A stretch of 64,000 nt of DNA. It comes from Calcarisporiella thermophila CBS 279.70 (Eukaryota; Fungi; Calcarisporiellomycota). Positions 14,680 to 25,680 of the stretch are shown piece by piece; the stretch's first letter is position 1, and each line of letters opens with the position of its first letter. The DNA lies in assembly GCF_041956535.1 (NCBI RefSeq), contig NW_027192198.1, positions 62,001 to 126,000 of the forward strand, in the 5' to 3' direction. The notes below the pieces were generated by a model. The model saw only the letters and a program-made list of their open reading frames with translations. It was not told the origin of the DNA and made no database searches. The position numbers and the translations under genes are program-made.

Positions 14680-17600
14680 ATGTCACGAAACCAGGTCATC
14701 GTCGTCGGCGGCGGCCTTTCCGGGCTGTCCGCTGCCCATACTGTGCTTGAACGCGGCGGCAAGGTGGTTGTGCTAGACAAGAATCCGTTCTTTGGAGGAA
14801 ACTCAACCAAGGCCACGTCCGGAATCAACGGGGCGCTGACCAAAACCCAAGTGTGTGCGTATCCAGCCTGCGTCCGCTGTGACTAGCAGATGATGTGTTT
14901 ATTGATTACTCTGTCTCTTTCCTTTTTTTTTGTGGATCTCCCCACTCTTAGCTCTCGGCATCCAAGATTCCGCCGAAGCCTTCTACCAGGATACGGCGAA
15001 GTCTGCACGCGAAGAACTTAGACCCGAGCTTGCGCGGGTTCTGACGGGCAACTCCGCGTCCGCAGTGGAATGGCTGCAGTCCAAGTTCCAGCTCGATCTC
15101 TCGTTGGTCTCCCGCTTGGGTGGCCACTCGTTCCCGCGCACCCACCGTGGAAAGGAGAAATTCCCAGGCATGACCATTACCTATGCTCTGATGGAGGCGC
15201 TGGAGGATCTTGTGAAATCCGCCCCTGACCGAGTAAAGCTGGTGAAAAGAGCTCGCGTCACAAGGCTTGTGAAGGAGAACGGCGCAGTAGTGGGAGTGGA
15301 ATACCAAATGGTGGCCAAGGACGGCCAATTGGAGGGTCAGGTGTTCCGTGAATATGGCCCCGTTATTCTGGCCACGGGCGGCTATGCTGCTGACTTCACT
15401 GGAGATGCCTCGCTCTTGAAAAAATACCGGCCCGAGATTTACGACTTGTGAGTATATGCTCCTACGCGATCCCCTATTGACCTGCTGTGTTTAACCGGAT
15501 TTGCTAATGGGTGACCGAATTTTGCAACTGACTGTAGACCCACAACCAACGGCGACCATTGCACAGGCGATGGAATTAAGATGGCGATGGAGATTGGAGG
15601 CAGCACCGTGAATCTTGACAAGGTCCAAGTGCACCCAACGGGCCTCATCGACCCGAAAGAACCCAATGCCAAGGTGAAATTCCTCGCCGCCGAGGCGTTG
15701 CGTGGGTGCGGTGGTCTCCTCCTCAACGCAGAAGGGGAGCGCTTCTGCGACGAGCTCGGGCACAGGGATTATGTGACGGGCATGATGTGGAAGCAACGGT
15801 TCCCGATCCGCCTCGTTCTCAATACGGCCGCTGCAAAGGAGATTGAATGGCACTGCAAGCACTATGTCGGCCGCGGCCTTATGCGGCGATTCGCCAACGG
15901 AGATGAGCTGGCTAAAGAGCTGGGCATCTCTGCCGAGAAGCTTCGCAAGACTTTTGATGATTACAATGATATTGCCGCAGGGAAGAAGCCCGACCCCTGG
16001 GGGAAGAAATATTTCCACAACGTGCCCATTAGGATGGAGGATGATTTCCACGTCGCTTTGATGCAACCCGTGCTCCACTACACAATGGGAGGTGTCGAGA
16101 TTGATCCTTCGTCTGCCATCCTCGACTCCACCGGGAGACCTATTCCTGGTTTGTATGCCTGCGGTGAAATGGCCGGCGGCGTGCATGGCGCCAACCGACT
16201 GGGCGGGTCGTCGCTCCTGGGCTGTGTAGTATTCGGACGGGTTGCAGGGGAATCGGCAGCACGGTTTTTATCCAGTCAGCCCCCAGCGGAGACGGCGCTC
16301 GCCTCGAGTGCGCAACAGAGGTTGTCAAATTTGGCAGGCCACGTCGGTGGTGGCAATTTGATCACGACCTCCATATCGCAGCCGGGCGGAGTGGAAACCC
16401 GCGTGCAAGTAGACCCACAGTCACGTCGCGTGCAGATGGAGATTACATGGGCCGACGGCCAGCAGCCATCGCAGCCCTATCCATCCAGCGCCTCTGCTCC
16501 CGCCGTGCAGGCCGCACCCCTTCCTCCGGCTCAGCAACTGGGCACAGTCCCCGCACAACCAGGCGCCAGTGCTGCCGAGGAACCCGCCAATAACGACCCC
16601 AACCGAGCCATATCCGCAGAAGAAGTGGCCAAGCATAACAAGGAGGACGACTGCTGGGTGATCATCAACGGACGTGTGTTGGATGTGACTAAATTCTTGC
16701 CCGATCACCCGGGAGGCAAGCGCGCAATCTTGATTTATGCCGGTCGTGACGCGACGGAAGAGTTCAATATGCTGCACAAACCCGACGTCATCGAGAAATA
16801 TGCTCCCGAGGCCATCATTGGAGTGCTGAAGAGTGGTTCCTCCGCTCCACAGGCCGCCGAACCCAACTCTTTGGTGCCGGTGACCACTCCCTCTTCGGGC
16901 GCCACCAAAGATGCGCGGAAGATCATGAAAATGACGCCTTCAAACGTGGAGTCGCGCACTTCGGGTGGTACTGCCGATGTGCTGAAGCAGGAGCGTGCAA
17001 CCGCTACCTTTGCCGTTGACAAGATGACCAACCTACTCGACGGCGGCGAGGAAAAAACGAAGCGCCGCCGCTTCATCCTGAGTCCTCTCGTGAAAGCGTC
17101 AGCCGCTGGCAAACACGATCTTGACCGTGCAGATGCCTTCAAGGCCCACTTGAAGCACTTTATCGGTGTACACGAAAAATTCTGGGAGTCTTTCATCCCC
17201 ACCCGTGAGGATGTCGCTTGGATGTCGGAATACTCCATGTTCCAGGGGACCATGATGAACCACTACGGGCTCTTCTTGTACACAGTTCTGTCGATGGGCA
17301 ACCCGAAGCAAGTCCAATGGTTCTTGAAGCGCTCCATCCAGATGGAAATCGTGGGAGCCTACGCGCAAACCGAACTCGGCCACGGGTCCAATGTGCGTGG
17401 CTTAATGACGATTGCCGAGTATGACAAGAATACAAAGGAGTTCATCATCAACACGCCCACACTGCGCTCTATCAAGTGGTGGCCCGGATCGCTGGGGAAG
17501 GTTGCAACGCATGCCATGGTGTACGCACAGCTGCTCATCGATGGAAAGGAGTATGGAGTCCATCCGTTCGTCGTGCAAATCCGAGATGAAAACCACCACC

Positions 17601-19057
17601 CGTTGCCGGGCATCGAACTCGGTGACCTCGGACCAAAGCTCGGGGATCACGCAAACGACACCGGTTACATGGTCATGACCGACGTGCGCATTCCCAGAGA
17701 ATTCATGATGGGGCGCTACGCAGAGGTGTCGAACGATGGTAGATACATTTCGCGCCAGTCCGGGAAGAAGGAGGCCAACAAGGTCGTGTACGCCACCATG
17801 ATCTCGGCCCGAGCGTCGATGGTCAAATCTTCTTCGGCAGCATTGTCTAAGGCGGTCACCATTGCGATACGTTACTCGGCAATCCGCACCCAAGGATTCT
17901 CGGAGCCGGGTGGCACCAATCGCAGCTACAAGGATCCCGAAACTAAGGTTATCGACTACCAGGTCCAGCGGTTCCGCCTGTTCAAGCAACTCGCCCTCTG
18001 CTATGCCATGAAAGTCTCGGGCTCACTCGTCATCAAAGAGATGGAGATGGTGGAATCGCAGGACGATAGGACCATGGACATGGACGCTCTGCAGCACCTC
18101 CTGGCAACCTCGGCCGGACTAAAGGCTCTCTGCACCTACCTTGCGTGGCAAGGGGTAGAGGATGTCCGCAAGTGCTGTGGTGGAAATGGCTATCTCATGG
18201 ACAGTGGAATTGCGCCAATTGCGGCGGATTACGTCTGGCAAACCACCGCAGAGGGCGACTGGATTATCCTCATGCTGCAGACCGCTCGCTTCCTTGTCGA
18301 TTGTGTACGAGATGCGCGTCAGGGCAAGAAGATTTCCGGTGTCGCTTCCTATATCTCAAAAGTTGGAAACCAGCGTCCCCGAGTCGGAGACCAGAAAGCG
18401 TTCCTCGACCTTGCCTATCTGCGCGAGCTCTATGAACACTGCGCGCTGACCCATGTGACCGAAGCAGCCTCCGGCTATGAACAGTCTCTCCAGGAAAGCA
18501 ACGGCCACATCTACAAGGCCTTGAATGCGCATGCGCTTCAAATGTGTACTGCGGTCCGTGCCCACACCTTCCTCTTCTTCCTGGATAACTTCATTCGAGA
18601 AATTGAACCCGTCGAGGACGTTAGTTTGCGAGCTGTGCTCACACGCATCTGTCTCTACTTCGCCCTCTCGCACCTTGTCGACGACTCTCTCTTCAACGGC
18701 CAACTTTCCACCGAGGAGCTGCGACATGCCCGACGAGCCTTGGTTCTCGTTGGCGACGATCTACGCCCAGACGCGGTTTCCCTTGTGGACGCCTTTGATA
18801 TTCCCGACAACGTCCTCAATTCGACGATTGGACGTTATGACGGCAACATATACGAGGCGCTTTACGAGGCCGCCGCTCGCTCCAAGCTAAACGAGGTCGA
18901 TCCCTTCGACGGCTATAATGAGCTTCTTCGCCCGTATCTTGATATCGAATTCCTGAAACTGCGCAACAAAGTGCCTCCTTCCCCGGACGATGACGACGAC
19001 GACGACGACGCGGACGACGCGGAGGGTGGTGAAGACAAGAAAAATGCCAAGCTTTAA
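14680..19057 (+). CDS. Tri-domain fusion: Osm1/Frd1-type FAD fumarate reductase + cytochrome b5 + acyl-CoA oxidase, with C-terminal PTS1 (AKL); ~1396 aa
   Basis: Exons 14680-14854, 14952-15447 and 15538-19057 splice in frame (4191 nt). FRD motifs: GGGLSG, GGNSTKATSG, QVHPTG, AAEALRG, HYTMGG, GANRLGGSSL. b5 motifs: HPGG, FNMLH. ACOX motifs: AYAQTELGHGSNV, KWWPG, CGGNGY, TAEGD. Ends KKNAKL*. A 5'UTR intron at 14545-14623 supports the ATG. Confidence 0.9.
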
Positions 19058-19902
19058 TTCGAGATGAACTGCATGAAGCCATGCAGGAACGCATCTTTGT
19101 ATACTGCCCACCCAATCTAATACATCTATGTACGCGTGTATGTGTGAATGGCGGAGTCTTTTTTTTCTTATTTTACTCTCTTTGGTGTTTCTTCTGCTAA
19201 ATCTTATCTTCCCCACTCTTTTGTATTTTTTTTATTGTTCTTCTACTAGGAACCGTCTGTGACTAGATAATAAGTGTGAGAATTTTCGTATATGATCCAA
19301 CGATGTATTTGTCTACTCGATGCTTGTATGGGAAGAAATTTTGATAAAATCATTCTATGCTTATCCATTTACATTAGAATGGGCTTTTAGATGCGGAATT
19401 GCTTCGATGAAGGCAGGTTGGTTCAGCTCTCTTACATTCTAAACATGGCACACAGTCCATTCTTCGAAGCAACCGGCGCAATTAAGGATACGCACGTGTT
19501 TGCTAGATCCATCAAACATTGATTTCTGGCAAAGAAACGCGTAGCGCCTGTCATTTAACAACTATGGGATTCGTTTATTATTAAGGCAATATAGAATGCT
19601 ATGTTTGATCGCACAAGTACTACGTGACGCTGCCTGGTATCCGTCGCTAAGACCGGCGGTCGATGATCTAAAGTTGAAAATTAATGAAGCTACCCGCCCC
19701 CAAAACTTTTCTCTTCGCGTTAACACAGGGTGTCCCAATATTTGACCGAAATGCTTGGTGACATGACCACCATCAAGATTTTTTCCCATGATAAAGGGGA
19801 TAGAATGGTAATCAAATATTGTTATTCAAGAAAAAAAGTGACAGAATAAAAAAAGCAATTAAAACAAACACTACACGCTCCTATTTTGATCCATCTGAAA
19901 AT

Positions 19903-20644
19903 TTACTTCTCCTCCTCTTTCTCCTCCTTGTGCACTTTCTCCTTGCGCGCCCGCTTAATTGTGATAAAGGCATTGCGCTCCTTCTCTTCAGCTGTAATAG
20001 CGCGGGCTTCTGGGCCTGCGGCGGTTTGCTGGACGGGGAAGAGAGCACCCTTGAGCTGAGTGGCATTGGTAAGCTCAGATGCCTGATAAAATAGAAAGAT
20101 CAGAATAAGGTTGCAACGGAGAAAGAGTTACGCTGTAGACGTTACCTCACTGTCGCCCTTCTTTGGCTTGCCAGCCTTGCGAGGGAACACAATCAACTTC
20201 GACTTGTATGCCTTAAGACGCTCAACATTAAGCTGGAGGGACTCAAGAGAGCGGTTACGGCGACGGTGATCCACGGCAATACCGATGGAGAGGGCCTCCT
20301 TGCGGCGGATACCAGCAGCCTATCGGCAAAACAAAAGCTAAGCGTTAGACTCACGATTGCAGACGTCTCTTAACGCGATCAAATTTGAGAGGATCATTTA
20401 CCTTCAACTCCTCAAGCGTAAAACCACGACCAGCCCTCAATTTAGTGTTGTAGCGAACGGTAGGGCATCGGACTGCAGGGCGCAACAATCCATCAACAGG
20501 ACGGGGCGCGATCTTGGCAGCTTTTTGGATGCGGGCAAGACGTCTTCTCTTCTTGCGGCCGGGCTGGTCGAACCACGTCTTGACACGCAGTTGCCAATCC
20601 TTGTGGAAGTGGCCATTGGGAAGAACGTTGTTATGTTTCACCAT
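19903..20644 (-). CDS. RPL13: 60S ribosomal protein L13 (eL13)
   Basis: [18 protein letters not shown]...[12 protein letters not shown] and [14 protein letters not shown]. Three coding exons plus a probable 5'UTR intron (~20658-20808). Confidence 0.95.
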
Positions 20645-21075
20645 GTTTAGTGTTTTTCTAGATGGGATGAATGATAGATTAGATTATTCTGCACTCAATC
20701 GCATCTTCCCGATGCCCCATTTGTCCAAACCATCCGCCCTAAGCTCATTCTATCAATCCATCCATCCATCCCGGCCTTCCAAGGGCATAGATGGAATAGG
20801 ATGCTCACCTTGTCCTCTAAGGCTAAAAACACTAGCTTCCCCTTGGGTTGGGTTGAGAAAAGAGAGGGAGCTTTAATTTCCACTCGCGATTATTTAATCG
20901 ACTCTCCCGGTAAGTAGGGAAATCAACAAACGTCATCCATTTACGTCACCAGATTTACTACTTTATTACATTTCTTGAGGTAAAAATCGAACAGTATATA
21001 CAAGCCAAATTAAGGGAATCATGGTAAGAGCATAATATCATATACATGACAATGCACTTTATGCTTCTCCGCTAA

Positions 21076-22333
21076 TCACTGGTCACTATCTCGGTGGTTT
21101 CGGGCCCCTTGTTTTCCTTCCCCTCCAGCGCATCGCTACCAGCATATCTTAATATCTCACGTACAAGGCGAGTTTTTTGCTGCTCATCCTCCGAGCCGTA
21201 GATCTAGTCGAGAAAATAGGTATCAGCAACCCAGCTAAGGCAAACCAAATGGAGATGCAGAGAAAATTACCTCAGCAATGAATTCGACAATCTTCTCTTC
21301 AGGCACCAGCACTTTTGAGCGCGGGGCCCATCGATAGAGCATTGCATCTCGTTCCTCCGCTCCACTGATAAGTGAATGTTTTTCTCGATCTATGTATCCT
21401 TGCTTCACAAACATATTGAGCATCGCGTCGATTTCCCCTCGAGTGCGCTCGATATCGGCATTTGCGTCCGGAACAAATCGGCCAAGGTAATGGTGCAGCA
21501 GTTCTAAACAATAGGATGCATTTTAGCAGACCCAGTAGAAAATCAAAATGAAGAGAGTGGGAGATACCTTCCGAAATAGCTTGGTTATGTACATAAATAA
21601 GGCTCAGAATTACCATCAGCATTCCCATTTGATTTTCTTGCTCTTCTGTCCACTTGATTAACCTGCGGTCAGCATCGCTCTTTAGTGATAGAGTGTTGCG
21701 TAAAACGTATGCCCGTACTGGGTTGGGGCGTGTCTCTACACCTTTTTTATGGCGGGTCTCCCGCGGAGGGAGTTCAACCAATTCGAATCCAAAGACTTCT
21801 TGAAGTTTCTGATTTGCCGCATCGAAAACGATTTTAAAAGAGCGAGAGTATTCTTTGAGAACTACATTTGTCAACAAGTAATTTAGCTTAGCCCAAGGAT
21901 AGGAACAACTTGCACCACATGAAAGAGACGAACCTTTCTTATTGATATCATCTCGCTTGATATTGACATGTCGATATTCACAGCAAAGAGCGAGACGTAC
22001 CAGATCATTGGCCATACGATCTACATCCTATTTTCAAATTTCATTTGAGCTTCAGAGCGATCTGAATCATAACTGGTCTGAATTATCTTACTTCATCAGA
22101 TAAACTATACTGGCTTGCCAATTTTCGCTGTGTAGACTGCGTCAAGGACTCTTCTACATCCTCCATCTCCCGCTGTGCCCTCTGAGCCCGCTGGGATGGG
22201 GAAGGCTGTGAGGGGCCAGCTTCTACTTCATCCTATATTGAAGTGATGAGTATTGTTTATGTAAAATGCATTGGATACTGGTTGAACATACTTCAATTTC
22301 CAAAATTCGGCTGCGCTTGATACTTCTCACCAT
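21076..22333 (-). CDS. NSE3: MAGE-domain protein, Smc5/6 subunit Nse3-like
   Basis: LVRLALCCEY..IKRDDINKK, F..A...L.EVFGFELVELP, GMLMVILSLIY, KQGYI and YRWAPRSK match the MAGE winged-helix pattern. Multi-exon. Confidence 0.8.
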
Positions 22334-22384
22334 GTCACAACCGTCTCGTCAAGAGATTCGGGTTTGCTATTTTTCGGGATTTTG

Positions 22385-22390
22385 ACGCGT
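22385..22390. promoter_or_regulatory. MCB element (ACGCGT) upstream of NSE3
   Basis: Exact ACGCGT about 50 nt upstream of the ATG. Confidence 0.4.
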
Positions 22391-22550
22391 AAAAATCAAA
22401 TCTACTCTAGATAGACGTCATCATTTTTAGTTCAACTCTCGTCTCCGCAATCTCATAGCTAAGTGTCCTAATCTCTTTCATTTTACACTTGCTCCTGTCG
22501 AACATCACAACAAGACAATCGAGTAAGCTTAGAGGCAGATCCAGATCATC

Positions 22551-23840
22551 ATGTCAAACAGAGATTATTCGGCGATTATCCAGGAAGACGAGGATTTATC
22601 TAAAGTATGGCTTCATCTTCGTTTCCTTGGCATTTTTTTTTTCTTCTGGTCGTGTTATTGATGCCATTCCTACGTTATATAACATAGCCTATTCAGCCTG
22701 ATACTACAGGCAATGAACTGGAATTTCAAGGTTCTACCTATTTGTATGGAATCTAATGGCCAGCTTTGATTAACATTGTAAAATATTTCAGATTTCTCTG
22801 GACATTCCACGACTGGAATCCAGGGCGGTAGAATAACCCCCAATCGCACTGCTCCCTCTGCGCCTGGTATGTTGAATGGGGTAGATGTGAACCTATTCCC
22901 GATATTTATGCGCTATTGTATTGTTTTAGCCCCTGGTTTTTCAGATCCTGGCTTCTTTGATCCCCATCGCCAAATTCAACAAGAGAATAGGAACCATGGC
23001 TTTTGGACTATTGAGTACTATTCAAAGTATTTTGATATTGACACTGTGCAGGTAGGATATAATGTTTACTGGTGGTCGTATTATCTGATGCTTTATGCGC
23101 CAATTTGAAGGTCATTGAGCGCTGCTTAAAAAGCTTATACCCCCGCGACAATTTTCTCGAGGTCATTAACAATAACCCCGACTTATATGGTAAGGCACAC
23201 TTTCTTCCGGATGTGTGCATCAGAAAGATCCGATGCTGAAGCCCTTTATTTTCCTTTACACCTCAGGTCCTTTCTGGATTCCGACCACGGTCATCTTCTC
23301 ACTTTTTGTCACCTCCTCCATCGCCGGCTCCATTGCTGCTTATCTAGCAGACACGAGCAGCCAATACAATTATGATTTCAGTATGCTTTCATTTGCTCTT
23401 ATCGCCGTCTATGTCTATTCCTTTGCAATCCCGCTCTGCGTTTGGGGTATGACTAAATACTATGGATGCCAGCCAAGCCTGCTGGAAATGATTTGTTTGT
23501 ATGGTTACGGGATGACGGTATGGATCCCTGTGTCTGCTTTGTGTGTGATTCCGGTGGAAATCTTGCGGTGGACGCTGACGGCAGTAGCATTTGGAACCTC
23601 CGGTTTGTATTACCATTTCAAGCGCTTCTCACCCGCTCTCTTTAACTCTCTCTCTGTAATATAGCCACCTTTCTTGTTCGCAACATGTATCCTGTTATCT
23701 CGCGAACCGATGCCAAAACCTCTCGCATTATTCTTATTCTGATGCTTGCTGCACATGGCGCTTTCGCTCTTTTGTTAAAATTCGAGTTCTTTAGCTATTC
23801 AATTAAGGCACCGGAGAAAGCTCCAGGAGCTTCAAATTAA
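22551..23840 (+). CDS. Yip1-domain Golgi membrane protein (YIPF1/2-like)
   Basis: FWTIEYYSKYFDIDT, PDLYGPFWIPTT and LLEMICLYGYG motifs with several TM helices. About 6 introns. Confidence 0.85.
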
Positions 23841-24173
23841 AGTTCCAGTTTTATATCGTACAATAGTTTTTTTATCTTCCTTTCTCTCTTTCTTTTTTTT
23901 TCCTTTTTTTTTCCTATCCTCCTTGTTTCTTTCTTGTCATAGTTTATATGAATAGAAAATAATGAATTTGCAACCAAGACTCACAACAATGACTTCGTGC
24001 TGCTCATCCGCGTGTACAATTTCCTCTACTTGGATCCATTTTCTCTCTCCGACTTAAATAATCGAAACTTCACGTAAACATAGTTTTGGTGATATCATTT
24101 TATTTTATTACTTTTCTCTTTTTTTCTCATCTCATTTGACTCATCATTTATACGTCGACAAATCAAATCAAGG

Positions 24174-25288
24174 ATGTGTAAGTATTCTTCATGGGTCAAC
24201 CCTATTATGGTAGATTAATCAAGACATCTGGTCTGATGCTCTCTAGTCCAACCGAAGTCTTATCCCGAGCCCCTCCAGCGACGGATCCATGCCCTTAAAT
24301 ACCTGCAACAGGAGCAGGGGGAGCTGGAATGTAAGCTCCAAGAAGAGATCGCGGCCCTGGAAAAGAAGTACCTTGAGCTCTATGCCCCCTTCTTCGACCG
24401 TCGCAAGGCCATTGTCAACGGAGAGGAGCCGAAGGAAGAGGAGGTAGAAGCCGGCGCGAAGATCGCATCTGCCGAGGAGTCGGAACACGTGGAGGGTGAA
24501 GAGAAGGAGTTTGTGAACGTGGAGGGCAATGGTGTACCTGATTTTTGGCTCACTGCCATGGCGAATCATCCACAGCTTGCAGAGCTCATCTCGGAGAAAG
24601 ATGCGGAAGCGCTGAAGCACCTAGTGGATGTGCGCCTGTCGTATCTCGACGTGCCTGGATTCAAGCTCGAGTTTGAATTCTCGGAAAATGCTTTCTTCAC
24701 CAACAAGATCCTCACCAAGACCTACTATTACCAGTCTAAGCCTGGCTACGGCGGTGACTATCTCTACGAGCGTGCCGAGGGCACCGAGATCTCCTGGAAG
24801 GAGGGGCAGGACATCACGGTCGAGAGGAAGACAAAGAAGCAGCGCCACAAGGCGACTGGCGAGATGCGCACCGTAGAACAAGTGGTTCCCGCCGAGAGCT
24901 TCTTCAACTTCTTTGCCCCCCCTATTGCCCCCAATGAAGGGGAGGAGTTGGAGGAGGAGGAGCTGGAGGAGTTGGAGGAGAGAATCGAAGCCGACTATGA
25001 AGTCGGAGAGACCTTCAAGGACAAGGTAAGTTCCCCCCGTCTCCCTCTCCTTATCTGCTTACCGGTGTTACCCCGCGTCTTCTAAGAATGAAGGGGATGG
25101 CATTCCGGGCGAACCTCACACATTCACTAATATGCTCATATTAAAACCAGATCATCCCGCATGCCATCGACTGGTACACCGGCAAAGCCCTCGAGTACGA
25201 GGATTTTGACGGCGACTTCGAGCACGAGTTCATCGACGACGAGGACGACGACGAGGACGACGAGGAGCAGGACGAGGATGACGTATGA
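24174..25288 (+). CDS. NAP1: Nucleosome assembly protein (NAP1 family)
   Basis: GVPDFWLTAM, FKLEFEFSENAFFTN, SFFNFF, IIPHAIDWYTG and an acidic tail. A 4-nt first coding exon (ATGT|gtaagt) splices in frame to 24247. Confidence 0.9.
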
Positions 25289-25680
25289 GGGGGAGAGATC
25301 CGGCCATAAAAGCCGCGCTTTCTTATTTTCTGCGCTCCCCTCTTCCACACCCCCTAATTGCATTGAGCTTTATAATATGTTTGTGCATTTCGTGTCTGTT
25401 CCTCCCTGTCATTGCTCTATAGAAATACCAAAACACAGAAATCCTCGAGGGCTTTTGTCTCGACCCTCTCGGGCTCAAACCCTGCGGACAAAGATAGATT
25501 CCTATCCATTTCAAACTCAGCTTGACCAAACATCACAACAAAAAAATTTTCTTCGCGTGCAGAGTGCAGCTTATAGAACCCCCAGCAAACATTCGGGCTT
25601 TTGTTCTTCTTTCTTCGCTGGCTCTGCTCTTGTTGCTCTTTGGTTGTATTGTTTTTCATTTCTCTTGTTAAGCAAAAAGC

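Noticed and set aside
15491-19216. Many overlapping antisense and alternative-frame ORFs in the fusion gene
   Set aside because: Expected from high GC and codon bias; none has recognisable motifs.
20658-20808. Possible snoRNA in the RPL13 5'UTR intron
   Set aside because: No convincing C/D or H/ACA boxes; only a short (GGAT)n repeat.
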